From Clostridia bacterium (GTDB lineage Bacteria > Bacillota > Clostridia > Oscillospirales > Acutalibacteraceae), in NCBI GenBank assembly GCA_017630655.1, contig JAGBUU010000049.1, positions 1 through 59,071 on the forward strand: 59,071 nt of DNA, in the 5' to 3' direction. Below the pieces are notes generated by a model, which was given only the letters and a program-made list of their open reading frames with translations, had not been told where the DNA came from and searched no databases. The position numbers were made by a program, and so were the translations under genes. Numbering within the stretch: position 1 is the first letter of the stretch; each line of letters starts with the position of its first letter. Below are positions 19,045 to 28,494 of this stretch, piece by piece.

Positions 19045-19752
19045 GTGATAACAATTCCGCACTATTATTACTATGGATTTGACATTTATTATATTATCTT
19101 AATTTTACCGGCATTTATCATATCTTTGTTTGCACAAATTAAGGTAAGTTCGACCTTTTCAAAATATTCCAAAACCATAAATATGTCCGGCCTTAGCGGT
19201 GCCAAGGCTGCTGAAAAGGTTCTTTTAACACACGGGGTTACAAACGTTAAGGTTGAGCGTGTAAACGGTAATTTAACCGATCATTTCGACCCGAGAACCA
19301 ATGTTATTAGACTGTCTGATTCGGTTTATGATTCAACATCGGTTGCGGCGGTAGGCGTTGCCGCACACGAGGCAGGCCACGCGGTTCAATATGCCGAGCA
19401 GTATGCACCCATAAAAATACGCAACTCAATTTTACCTGTGGTGAATTTTGGCTCTAAATTTTCGTTTATCACCATTTTGCTCGGTATTCTTTTTGCAAAC
19501 GATATACTAATTTATGTTGGTATTGCACTTTTTTCGCTATCTACCCTTTTTCAAATTTTGACCCTGCCCGTTGAGCTTAATGCTTCAAGGCGCGCTATGG
19601 AAACCATTAGGGGTCAGGCATTGCTTTCAGATGATGAGGCAAGGGGTGCAAAAAAGGTGCTTACTGCCGCCGCTATGACCTATATTGCGGCAGTTGTTAT
19701 GTCCCTTGCACAACTGCTTAGACTTTTACTTCTAAGTAGACGAAGAAGGTAA
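19045..19752 (+). CDS. Membrane zinc metallopeptidase (Zn_peptidase_2 type)
   Basis: 235 aa. HEAGHAVQ motif and TM segments. GTG start. Confidence 0.85.
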   Translation: MITIPHYYYYGFDIYYIILILPAFIISLFAQIKVSSTFSKYSKTINMSGLSGAKAAEKVLLTHGVTNVKVERVNGNLTDHFDPRTNVIRLSDSVYDSTSVAAVGVAAHEAGHAVQYAEQYAPIKIRNSILPVVNFGSKFSFITILLGILFANDILIYVGIALFSLSTLFQILTLPVELNASRRAMETIRGQALLSDDEARGAKKVLTAAAMTYIAAVVMSLAQLLRLLLLSRRRR

Positions 19753-19786
19753 TATTTTTAAGATTTCTTCACAAAATAATCCTTGG

Positions 19787-20188
19787 GTGATTATTTTGAA
19801 AAATTATATTGTTTTATTTGGACTGGGAGCATTTGCCTACGGACTTTTAGAGGTTTTATGGCGTGGCAATTCCCACTGGACAATGATGATTGCGGGCGGA
19901 ATTGTATTTGTAATCTTCTCATTAATTGCTGAGAAGTTTAAGGGCTTACCGCTGCTCTATAAGTGCATTTTAGGAAGCCTTACCGTTACTGTAATTGAGC
20001 TTGTTTTTGGTGTGATATTTAATTTGGTGCTTGGCTTTAATGTTTGGGATTACAGCCATATACCAATTAATCTTTTTGGGCAGATTTGCCTGCTTTTTTC
20101 GGTGCTTTGGGGACTACTTAGCATTGTTGCTATCCCCTTGTCTTACAAAGCACTAAGCATTTTAAAAAGAAGTGAGGAAGGTTTATGA
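19787..20188 (+). CDS. Small polytopic membrane protein (CmpB / putative ABC-transporter type IV family-like)
   Basis: 133 aa with four predicted TM helices. Overlaps the alr start by 4 nt. Confidence 0.6.
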   Translation: MIILKNYIVLFGLGAFAYGLLEVLWRGNSHWTMMIAGGIVFVIFSLIAEKFKGLPLLYKCILGSLTVTVIELVFGVIFNLVLGFNVWDYSHIPINLFGQICLLFSVLWGLLSIVAIPLSYKALSILKRSEEGL

Positions 20189-21318
20189 ACTACCTACACA
20201 GAACCTGGGCCGAGATAAATCTTGACGCCCTTGTACATAATTTTAAGCTTATAAAGTCTATGACCGACGCTAAAATATTCAGTGTTGTAAAGGCAAACGC
20301 TTATGGTCATTCGGTAGATATTGTTGCCCCTGCACTAGATGCTGCCGGCACCGATTGTTTTGCAGTTTCCAACCTTGAAGAAGCAAAAGAGCTTAGGTCT
20401 CTTAATATAAAAAAGCCTATACTCATTCTCGGCTATACCCCGCCGACCCACGCTAAAGAACTATACCAATACGACCTTATTCAAACGGTTTATTCTTATG
20501 AGTTTGCCGAAAAATTAAACAACAACGCGTCAGAAAACGGCGTTGTTGTGAAAACACATATAAAACTTGATACGGGTATGGGCAGAATAGGTTTTGATTT
20601 TAGAGACGGTGGTTTTAAAGAACTTGCCACTACAAGAGAACTGTTAAAATTTAAAAACCTTGCTTTTGAGGGGGTTTTTACCCACTTCCCCGTTGCCGAC
20701 ACCGACAAGGATTACACAAAAAATCAGTATGAGCGTTTTCTGTCTGCAACCAAGTATCTTGAAGAGAGTGGGTTTAACTTTAAAGTAAAGCATTGCTGTA
20801 ATTCGGCAGCATTTTTAAACTTTAGCAACATGCATCTTGACGCTGTGCGACCCGGTATTATACTCTTTGGACTTACACCAAGCGAGGACATTGATTTTGA
20901 CAAACAGTTTTTGCCCGTTATGTCCTTCAAATCGGTTGTATCACAAGTAAAAACTGTATTTGCAGGTGAAACGGTGAGCTACGGAAGAACCCACACCGCG
21001 CAAAAAGAAACCAAGGTTGCAACCATTACGGCAGGCTATGCCGACGGCGTTTTAAGGCTTTTATCGAACAGAGGCAGAGTGCTTATAAACGGACAGTATG
21101 CAAACATTGTGGGCCGAATTTGTATGGACCAGTTTTGTGTAGATGTAACCGATATTAACGATGTTAAAGAAGGCGACATAGTTACACTCTTTGGCGATGG
21201 TCTGCCGGTTGAAGAGTTTGCAAAGAATGCAGATACCATAAACTACGAGGTTGTTTGCGGGCTTTCAAAACGAGTTCCAAGAATTTATATTAAGGACGGA
21301 AAAGAATACCGTTTTTAA
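20185..21318 (+). CDS. alr: Alanine racemase
   Basis: 377 aa. PLP lysine motif VVKANAYGHS. Confidence 0.96.
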   Translation: MNYLHRTWAEINLDALVHNFKLIKSMTDAKIFSVVKANAYGHSVDIVAPALDAAGTDCFAVSNLEEAKELRSLNIKKPILILGYTPPTHAKELYQYDLIQTVYSYEFAEKLNNNASENGVVVKTHIKLDTGMGRIGFDFRDGGFKELATTRELLKFKNLAFEGVFTHFPVADTDKDYTKNQYERFLSATKYLEESGFNFKVKHCCNSAAFLNFSNMHLDAVRPGIILFGLTPSEDIDFDKQFLPVMSFKSVVSQVKTVFAGETVSYGRTHTAQKETKVATITAGYADGVLRLLSNRGRVLINGQYANIVGRICMDQFCVDVTDINDVKEGDIVTLFGDGLPVEEFAKNADTINYEVVCGLSKRVPRIYIKDGKEYRF

Positions 21319-21323
21319 AATGG

Positions 21324-22490
21324 GTGAACAAAATGATTTTATATCTTAAAAACAGCGAGGTCTTGAAGCCCGACTGCAGTGACTTTGAAAAAATTACTTT
21401 TGCCGAAAAGTATGCCATAAAGGGCGATGTTGTTAAAGCCATTATTGCATATATTATTATGACAGACGAAAACCCCTTTTCGCTATCCCTTGAGAGAAGC
21501 GAAGGGACCGGAACAGCCGAGGCTTTTGCAAAAAAAGACATTGATGCACTTCGCCAGATTTTCTTTGAAGACCACAAAGAGTTTTCAAACTACATACCAA
21601 CACGCAAAAACCTATCAAACGAGGAAAAGCGTATTGGCGGTATGATAGAAAAATTATCATCCAATCTTAATAACTTTAATGACCTTGAAGGCTTCTTTCA
21701 CTGTGTAAAAGAGTTCTATAAGACCTATGGTGTCGGCTCATTTTGCATTAACAAGGCTTTTTATATGCAGGACGACGGAAAGATTGTTCCTGTTTCTCAT
21801 TTAAGGAATGTGTCTTTTAACGATATTTACGGATATGAAAGCCAAAAGCAGAAGCTGCTACGCAACACTGCCGCATTTGCTAACGGCAACTCTGCCAACA
21901 ATGTACTGCTTTACGGTGATAGTGGCACAGGAAAGTCTACAGCTATCAAGGCTACCCTTAATGAATTTTTCGATAAGGGTGTTAGAATGATTCAAATAGC
22001 GAAGCACCAATTTATGCATTTAGGCAAGCTGACAGAAATCCTAAAGGGCAGAAACTATCGTTTCATTCTTTATATGGATGACCTTTCCTTTGAGGATTTT
22101 GAGACAGAGTATAAATATCTTAAAGCAGCTATTGAGGGCGGACTTGAAGAAAAACCGGAAAATGTACTTATTTATGCAACCTCTAACCGCAGGCATTTAA
22201 TTAAAGAGACCTTTAGTGAGCGGGAGGGTGCCGATGATATTCACAGAAATGAATCTATCCAAGAAAAAATATCTTTGTCCGACCGCTTTGGACTGTCAAT
22301 TTTTTACCCCAAGCCTATGCAATCAGAATACTTTGATATTGTTTTATATCTTGCAGAAAAATCGGGAATATGTGTCGAGCGTAATACACTTATTGCCAAG
22401 GCAAGAGAATGGGCTGCGGCACACGGAGGATATTCGGGCAGATGTGCAACCCAGTTTATAGCACAGTTTAAAATAAGTAATATAGAATAA
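21324..22490 (+). CDS. AAA-type ATPase, DUF815 family
   Basis: 388 aa. Walker A GDSGTGKST and Walker B ILYMDDLSF. Confidence 0.8.
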   Translation: MNKMILYLKNSEVLKPDCSDFEKITFAEKYAIKGDVVKAIIAYIIMTDENPFSLSLERSEGTGTAEAFAKKDIDALRQIFFEDHKEFSNYIPTRKNLSNEEKRIGGMIEKLSSNLNNFNDLEGFFHCVKEFYKTYGVGSFCINKAFYMQDDGKIVPVSHLRNVSFNDIYGYESQKQKLLRNTAAFANGNSANNVLLYGDSGTGKSTAIKATLNEFFDKGVRMIQIAKHQFMHLGKLTEILKGRNYRFILYMDDLSFEDFETEYKYLKAAIEGGLEEKPENVLIYATSNRRHLIKETFSEREGADDIHRNESIQEKISLSDRFGLSIFYPKPMQSEYFDIVLYLAEKSGICVERNTLIAKAREWAAAHGGYSGRCATQFIAQFKISNIE

Positions 22491-22492
22491 AT

Positions 22493-22526
22493 AAAGCTCA
22501 TACCTTTAATCAGGTATGAGCTTTTA
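22493..22526. terminator. Bidirectional rho-independent terminator (DUF815 gene / LCP gene)
   Basis: 13-bp stem aaagctcatacct / aggtatgagcttt between convergent genes. Confidence 0.85.
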
Positions 22527-22529
22527 ATT

Positions 22530-23990
22530 TTATGTTGTGGAAGTTTCTGTGTCATTGGGAGTTTCGGTCTCGGTAGAAGAGCCACCATTGTCTTCTTCCC
22601 CGCCGCCGTTTTGTTCGCCACCGTCTCCCTGATTTTCATTTTCATTGGGAGTGGTGTTTTGGTCGGAATTTTCGGGGGTGTTTTGGTCGGGATTTTCAGG
22701 GGTGGTTTGGTCAGGTGTTTCACCGTCACCCGTATTATCCTGATTTGGAGTATCGGAATTCTCCGGAGTATTGTTTGTATCCTCTTTCTCCTCATCCTTA
22801 TCGTTCTTATTTGAACTGCTTGAAGAGCCCGAAGAACCTGTATACCACTTATTTTTTTCTATTCCGTTTGTATTCATATATTCATCCTGAGATATTCCGT
22901 CATAAATCATGGCGTGAATAAGCTTGGATGCATAGCCCAGGTCATAATAAACGCTGGAGCCTGCATATGAAACATAGAAGTTATCATTAATAACATATTT
23001 TGCCTGGGGTACACGGGTCTGTTCAAAATTAACCTTTTTGCCAAGCACGTGGGTTGCAAGTGAAACCGCTTCGCTAAAGCTTAGAGATGTTTGCATATTA
23101 GGAAGAATTGCCTTTATAAGACCCGGATACTTAGAAATCTCAATTGAGAGCACTTTGTTAAGCAGTTGCTCCATAACCACTCGCTGTCTGTCGGTTCTGC
23201 CATAGTCGTTTGCAGTTCCCTCGCCTGTTGATACCGAACGAATTCTCGCCCATGCAACAGCCTGAATACCTGTAAGAAGTTGTTTGCCGGCCTTTTCTAC
23301 ATATTTAGGGTTTTTAATGCCAAGCTTGTTTGCCTGTTCTTTGATGTTAGCGTTCAAGCCGTTTTTAGCATTGATTTCTCGCTCTAAAACCTCAATTTCA
23401 ACTCCGCCAACAGCATCTATTATTTCTGCCATACCGAAGAAGTTAACGGTTGCATATTCCTTAATATCAAGGCCAAAGTTTTCATTAATGGTTTTTATTG
23501 CATAGGATGCACCGCCACGGGAATAAGCCGAATTTATTTTATTAGGCTTGTAACTTTTTCCTTTGTAGTCGGGCATTTTAACAAGCGTATCTCTCATTAT
23601 AGAGAAAAGTTTAATGTCGCCCGTTCCCGTATTTATAGAAAGCACCATTATGGAATCGGATAAACCACTGAAATTCTGTTTTCTTGAATCTATTCCAAAA
23701 AGTGCTATGTTAATTATTTGGTCGTCAATAGGCTGGATTTCCTGAATTTCAGGGTCATCAACCTCTTGGTGATTGTAATCCTGTTTAAAGCCGGCTATCA
23801 TTCCAATAACCCAACTAATAGCTATAACAAGTGCTAAAATGACCGCAATAAGTGATATAACAACGGTTCTTTTTAAAACAGACATTGAAAGAAAGCCTGT
23901 TTTCAACTTATAAAAGAAGCCGCCCTTTTTAGCCCTTGTTCTTGTATGTATGGGCTTATCGTGATTTACTCTTCTATTATCACTACTCAT
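22530..23990 (-). CDS. LCP (LytR-CpsA-Psr) family cell-wall glycopolymer ligase with an acidic low-complexity tail
   Basis: 486 aa. N-terminal TM helix, LCP core (NIALFGIDSR...SDSIMVLS...RD), and a C-terminal T/P/E/N/D/Q-rich tail. Confidence 0.9.
   Translation of the reverse strand: MSSDNRRVNHDKPIHTRTRAKKGGFFYKLKTGFLSMSVLKRTVVISLIAVILALVIAISWVIGMIAGFKQDYNHQEVDDPEIQEIQPIDDQIINIALFGIDSRKQNFSGLSDSIMVLSINTGTGDIKLFSIMRDTLVKMPDYKGKSYKPNKINSAYSRGGASYAIKTINENFGLDIKEYATVNFFGMAEIIDAVGGVEIEVLEREINAKNGLNANIKEQANKLGIKNPKYVEKAGKQLLTGIQAVAWARIRSVSTGEGTANDYGRTDRQRVVMEQLLNKVLSIEISKYPGLIKAILPNMQTSLSFSEAVSLATHVLGKKVNFEQTRVPQAKYVINDNFYVSYAGSSVYYDLGYASKLIHAMIYDGISQDEYMNTNGIEKNKWYTGSSGSSSSSNKNDKDEEKEDTNNTPENSDTPNQDNTGDGETPDQTTPENPDQNTPENSDQNTTPNENENQGDGGEQNGGGEEDNGGSSTETETPNDTETSTT
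22653..22724. repeat. Three imperfect 24-nt tandem repeats inside the LCP tail
   Basis: Units ggtgttttggtcggaattttcggg, ggtgttttggtcgggattttcagg and ggtggtttggtcaggtgtttcacc. They encode the TPENxDQN repeats. Confidence 0.85.
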
Positions 23991-24010
23991 TAAGCATTCC
24001 CTTTCTTTTT

Positions 24011-24034
24011 ACTTTAAGTTGGCGAGAGTCGAAC
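24011..24034. repeat. 24-nt motif, copy A (ACTTTAAGTTGGCGAGAGTCGAAC on the + strand)
   Basis: 23/24 identical to the reverse complement of 57145-57168. Lies in the predicted LCP mRNA leader. Confidence 0.9.
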
Positions 24035-24045
24035 TTATCTAACAT

Positions 24046-24054
24046 ATTGTACCA
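24046..24054 (-). promoter_or_regulatory. Extended -10 element upstream of the LCP gene
   Basis: Minus strand reads TGgTACAAT. No clear -35. Confidence 0.4.
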
Positions 24055-24099
24055 TAATTCGACTGTAAATTAAAGAGGATTTTAAAGTTTGTAAATATT

Positions 24100-24927
24100 T
24101 CACAGTAAAAGCTGTTTATAAAGGTCTCCTTTTTTAAAACCTGTATCATTTGCCGCCATTTTTGCAGCAAATGATGCCGAATTTCCTTCTTTTACATACT
24201 GTTTTGCAAGTTCAACGGCATCCTCAAATGAATACTGACTATCCGCAGAATCATCATATCCTTCAATTATAAGCACATATTCACCTCTCGGCTTATGCTC
24301 ATCATCATACATACTTGCCGCCTCACTCAAAGTTGTATGCACTACCTCCTCATGAAGCTTGGTAAGCTCTCTTATAATTGCAATTTTACGGTCTCCAAAG
24401 GCTTCAAGCATATCCTTCAAGGTTGCGGGAAGTTTGTGGGGTGCCTCGTAAAAAATCATTGTTCTTTTCTCTTTTTTAACCTCGCTAAGATGAGCTTTTC
24501 TGCTTGGCTTATTAACACTTAAAAAGCCCTCAAAACAGAATCTGCCACTCTTCATACCCGAAATTGCAAGAGCGGTTATAAGGGCACTTGGACCGGGCAC
24601 AGATTCTACCTCTATACCGTATTCATAACAAAGTCTGACAAGGTCTTCACCCGGGTCCGAAATGGCGGGCATGCCAGCATCTGACACAAGGGCACAGTTC
24701 TCTCCTGCCAGTAGCCTTGAAATTACCTCTCCGCCACGCTCTTTTTTATTATGTTCATAATAGGCAAGCATTTGCTTATTGATACCAAAATGGTTAAGAA
24801 GTTTTACCGTAACACGAGTATCCTCTGCCGCAATAAAATCTACTTTTTGTAGAGTATCTACGGCACGCGGAGAAAAATCAGACAGGTTGCCTATGGGTGT
24901 TCCTACAACATAAAGTTTTCCCGCCAT
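24100..24927 (-). CDS. rsmI: 16S rRNA (cytidine1402-2'-O)-methyltransferase
   Basis: 275 aa. N-terminus GKLYVVGTPIGNLSD (tetrapyrrole-methylase fold). Confidence 0.93.
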   Translation of the reverse strand: MAGKLYVVGTPIGNLSDFSPRAVDTLQKVDFIAAEDTRVTVKLLNHFGINKQMLAYYEHNKKERGGEVISRLLAGENCALVSDAGMPAISDPGEDLVRLCYEYGIEVESVPGPSALITALAISGMKSGRFCFEGFLSVNKPSRKAHLSEVKKEKRTMIFYEAPHKLPATLKDMLEAFGDRKIAIIRELTKLHEEVVHTTLSEAASMYDDEHKPRGEYVLIIEGYDDSADSQYSFEDAVELAKQYVKEGNSASFAAKMAANDTGFKKGDLYKQLLL

Positions 24928-25658
24928 TAAAGGTATCCCTCCTTATAGTCTCCGTAAATTTTAATCATTTCGTCACTTAAGTTTAGGTTTTCATCATAAA
25001 CAAAAAGGGGCGGCAAAATTCTAACCCCGCTTTTTGCATCTCTTCTGCCCTCAACCAGTACAAGCCAAGGCTCCTCACCGCACTTTTTGCAGACCAAACG
25101 AATTCTTTTAACCTCAAGTTTATACTTTCGCATAAGGCAGATTATATCGGCCAGTCTTTCGGGACGCTGACAAACACAAAGTCTGCCAGAGGAGCGAAGC
25201 AGATGACTGGCCGACGATATTACATCCTCAAGGGTGCACATAGTTTCATGCCTTGCGACAACATCTTTATCCGAGGAACTTAAAATTCCTGCCCCTTCTG
25301 CTTTATAGGGCGGATTGCATGTAACAAGCTCAAATTCGCCGTATGGTAAAATACCCCGAAGGTTACAAAGGTCGGCGTGTAAAGGGAAAAAGGTATCCTT
25401 TGCAAATTCCTCTGCCGTACGATTTGCAAGTGCTACCGCTTCCTCACTAATTTCTACACCGAAGGATTTTTGCGTAATTCCGTTTTTAAGAAGAAGCATA
25501 GAAATTATGCCACAGCCTGCCCCTAAATCGCAGTGACTTTTAACCTTTTTTACCCCTGCAAAATCGGCAAGCAGTACTGCATCGGTGCCAAAGGTATGGT
25601 TTTTAGAGACATTTATAAAAAGCCCCTTGCCTATTGGCTGACGCACCATAATTTTCAC
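24927..25658 (-). CDS. tRNA (adenine-N6)-methyltransferase, YfiC/TrmN6-like
   Basis: 243 aa. SAM motif DLGAGCG and NPPY catalytic motif. The exact start is uncertain (GTG 25658 or ATG 25649). Confidence 0.8.
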   Translation of the reverse strand: MKIMVRQPIGKGLFINVSKNHTFGTDAVLLADFAGVKKVKSHCDLGAGCGIISMLLLKNGITQKSFGVEISEEAVALANRTAEEFAKDTFFPLHADLCNLRGILPYGEFELVTCNPPYKAEGAGILSSSDKDVVARHETMCTLEDVISSASHLLRSSGRLCVCQRPERLADIICLMRKYKLEVKRIRLVCKKCGEEPWLVLVEGRRDAKSGVRILPPLFVYDENLNLSDEMIKIYGDYKEGYL

Positions 25659-25758
25659 GCTCCCCTCAATTATATTTAACTTTCTAATTATATCACCTAT
25701 GTAATATTATGTCAAACTATGAAAAAGAGATGCCGAGTTCATCGACACCTCTCTTGGT

Positions 25759-26331
25759 TTAATTTTTTGTATTTTTCTCTGATTCTGTCTCGGTTTTATC
25801 CTCACCTAGAAGTTTAATGCCGTTGCCCGAAATAAGCTGTGTAGTACCGGCGTTTATTGCCATAAATAATGACAACTTAGATATAGCATCCTCTAGGCTT
25901 TCACTGTTGTCCTGGATTATTTCCCTTGCTGTTGCAACCGCACCTCTAAGCATATTTTCATAAGCTTCACAGAAAATATCATAAAGCTCATATACCGAGC
26001 GGTTTTGAGTTTGGGTTTTTATCATTTGACTAATAGCGGGAATAGGAATAACCGACTTTAAGGTGGTTATAATAAAGAGATAGCAGATATGTTCCTTGCA
26101 ATATCTCTTCTTTTTGGGAGGGGGGATTATTCCAAGCTTTACATAGTTATTTATCATTGCGGGGGTTATGAATTTTAAGTTTTGGTCAACAGACAGCAGG
26201 TACAGATTTTTTTCCATAATAGAAATAACCTGGTCCATATAAAAATCGAGTTCCGGCAGTTCGGACGTCCTGGGCAGATGGAAATCTTTAACGGTTTGCT
26301 CGAACTCACGCATTACTTCCTTTCTCTCCAT
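25759..26331 (-). CDS. DUF1836 family protein
   Basis: Start set to ATG 26331 (GGGGAGG 3 nt upstream). Conserved FYMDQVI / MINNYVK pattern recalled for DUF1836. Confidence 0.65.
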   Translation of the reverse strand: MERKEVMREFEQTVKDFHLPRTSELPELDFYMDQVISIMEKNLYLLSVDQNLKFITPAMINNYVKLGIIPPPKKKRYCKEHICYLFIITTLKSVIPIPAISQMIKTQTQNRSVYELYDIFCEAYENMLRGAVATAREIIQDNSESLEDAISKLSLFMAINAGTTQLISGNGIKLLGEDKTETESEKNTKN

Positions 26332-26360
26332 AAGCCTCCCCTTTCTGTTGATTTTTTTAT

Positions 26361-26389
26361 ATTGTACCACACTGCACCAGATTTTTCAA
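26361..26389 (-). promoter_or_regulatory. sigma-A promoter for the DUF1836 gene
   Basis: Minus strand reads TTGAAA, 17 nt, TGgTACAAT. Confidence 0.55.
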
Positions 26390-26412
26390 CAACAAATTGA
26401 GAAAAAAACCCC

Positions 26413-26441
26413 TTGACTTTATGATGTAAACCAAGTATAAT
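26413..26441 (+). promoter_or_regulatory. sigma-A consensus promoter for degV
   Basis: TTGACT (26413-26418), 17 nt, TATAAT (26436-26441). Confidence 0.6.
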
Positions 26442-26473
26442 AGTTTTGAAAACGAGATAAAGGAGTTTGTGAA

Positions 26474-27343
26474 ATGTCTTTTTCAATTATTACAGATTCT
26501 TGCTCCAACCTAACAAACGAGCAAATTAAAAATTATAATATTAAAGTAGTTCCTCTTACCTACTCTATTGGAGACACCGAACACCTTGGATATATTGAGG
26601 GTGAAGAGTTTGATTATAAAGCATACTATGAGCTTCTTCGTTCCAAGGTACACATTAAGACTTCCCTTGTAAGTTATGAGCGTGTTGAAAACGCCCTTAA
26701 AGAAGAACTTGATAAGGGTAACGATGTTCTGTACCTTGCCTTCTCCTCTGCCCTTTCGGGCTCCTATCAAGTGGCAAAAAACTGTGCGAGTGACATTAGC
26801 GATAATTATCCCGAGCGTAAAATTATTGTTGTTGATACACTTCAGGCAAGTATGGGTCAGGGACTTATGGTTAAGTATGCGGTAGATAAAAGAAACGAGG
26901 GGCTATCCCTTACAGAAACCGCCGCCTGGCTAGAAGAGAACAAATTAAATTTTGTTGCACTTTTTACTGTTGATGACCTTTTCTTCCTTAAAAGAGGCGG
27001 CCGTCTGTCCGGTGCGGTTGCTGTGGTTGGAACCATACTGAATATTAAACCTCTGCTACATGTAGATAACGAAGGAAAGCTTGTAAGCACAGGAACTATA
27101 AGAGGCCGCGCAAAATCTATCGATGCCCTTATAAGCCGTATGGGCGAAACGGGCGTAGACCTTAAAGGCCAAGATATCTTTATGGTACACGGCGACTGTA
27201 TAGAGGAAGCTGAAGCTGCCGCCGCTAAAATTAAAGAGAAATTTGGCGTAAGGAGTGTTACCATTAACTATGTTGACCAGGTAATCTCCTCCCACTCGGG
27301 TCCCGGCACACTTGCAATCTTCTATATAGGAAGCGAAAGATAA
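26474..27343 (+). CDS. DegV family fatty-acid-binding protein
   Basis: 289 aa. N-terminus IITDSCSNL, typical DegV length and pattern. Confidence 0.92.
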   Translation: MSFSIITDSCSNLTNEQIKNYNIKVVPLTYSIGDTEHLGYIEGEEFDYKAYYELLRSKVHIKTSLVSYERVENALKEELDKGNDVLYLAFSSALSGSYQVAKNCASDISDNYPERKIIVVDTLQASMGQGLMVKYAVDKRNEGLSLTETAAWLEENKLNFVALFTVDDLFFLKRGGRLSGAVAVVGTILNIKPLLHVDNEGKLVSTGTIRGRAKSIDALISRMGETGVDLKGQDIFMVHGDCIEEAEAAAAKIKEKFGVRSVTINYVDQVISSHSGPGTLAIFYIGSER

Positions 27344-27346
27344 AAT

Positions 27347-27382
27347 TAAAGAGTCACCGTTTGCAAACGGTGACTCTTTTTT
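27347..27382. terminator. Bidirectional terminator (degV / AI-2E transporter)
   Basis: 12-bp stem gagtcaccgttt / aaacggtgactc with a flanking A-run and T-run. Confidence 0.85.
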
Positions 27383-27386
27383 ATAC

Positions 27387-28493
27387 TTATTCTTTTACCT
27401 CGCTGAATTTTGCCTTTAAAATTTTATAGATTACCGCCGCTATCGGAACGCCAAGAAGCATACCAACAACTCCCATAAGTCCTCCGCCAACGGTAATTGC
27501 AACAAGCACCCAAATAGCGGGCAGCCCAACCGAAGTGCCTACAACCTTGGGATAGATAAGATTGCCTTCAATCTGCTGAAGAACTACGATAAACACAATA
27601 AATATTAACGCCTGAATGGGAGATACGGTAAATATCATAAATGCCGCAATAGCGCCGCCAATATACGGACCTGCTATTGGAACAAGGGATGTAAACGCAA
27701 TAAGTGCACTTATCATTGCTGCATAGGGCATTTGTAGTACCCACATACCAAGCCCGCAAAGAATACCAAGAATTGCCGCTTCGGTACACTGGCCAATAAT
27801 ATATCCGCGGAAGGTTTTGTTGGTAAGTCCCAGTATATATTCGAACTTCTCATAAACATTAGGCTTTACAACCTTTTTTATGGCACACTTTGCCTGATGG
27901 CCGAGTTGTTCCTTAGAGTAGAGCAGATAAACCGAGAAGATAATGCTTAAAAATGCTGTTAAGAAACCGCCAACTACCGAAGAAACTACCTGTACAACAA
28001 TTCCAACGATATTAGTAATACCTGTTGTGATTTTACTTAAAACCTCGTTAATGATAGTATTCCAATCTATAGAAAGAAGGGTGCTCATTATATTTTCAGG
28101 AAGAATTTCAAGAGCATCTATTTCGGCAACAGCCATTCTCAAGGCCTCGGGTATTTTTGTAAACAAAAGGCTTACACAAGAAGAGAGTTGCGGAATAACA
28201 ATAATAATAATTAGCGTTATTACGGCAAGAAGACTAACTATTGCAGCAAGCAAGCAAACTATTCTTCTGCTTTTTTGAACTATTGCTTTTTGGCTTTTGG
28301 GAAAATACACTTTTTCATAAAGACTCATTACCAAATTAACTATGTATGCAATGCCGCACCCAATAATAAGAGGTACAAGTGCCGTTAAAACGGTAACAAG
28401 CATTCCCGAAATACCAGGCCAATAATATATGCACAGATAGGTCAGAAAAACCGCAAGCCCTATTTTTGCTAAGGTTTTAGTTTCAACTTTCAT
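27387..28493 (-). CDS. AI-2E family transporter (PerM-like permease)
   Basis: Polytopic membrane protein with an AI-2E pattern. Start set to ATG 28493 (MKVETK...), which abuts the upstream stop. Confidence 0.85.
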   Translation of the reverse strand: MKVETKTLAKIGLAVFLTYLCIYYWPGISGMLVTVLTALVPLIIGCGIAYIVNLVMSLYEKVYFPKSQKAIVQKSRRIVCLLAAIVSLLAVITLIIIIVIPQLSSCVSLLFTKIPEALRMAVAEIDALEILPENIMSTLLSIDWNTIINEVLSKITTGITNIVGIVVQVVSSVVGGFLTAFLSIIFSVYLLYSKEQLGHQAKCAIKKVVKPNVYEKFEYILGLTNKTFRGYIIGQCTEAAILGILCGLGMWVLQMPYAAMISALIAFTSLVPIAGPYIGGAIAAFMIFTVSPIQALIFIVFIVVLQQIEGNLIYPKVVGTSVGLPAIWVLVAITVGGGLMGVVGMLLGVPIAAVIYKILKAKFSEVKE

Positions 28494-28494
28494 T

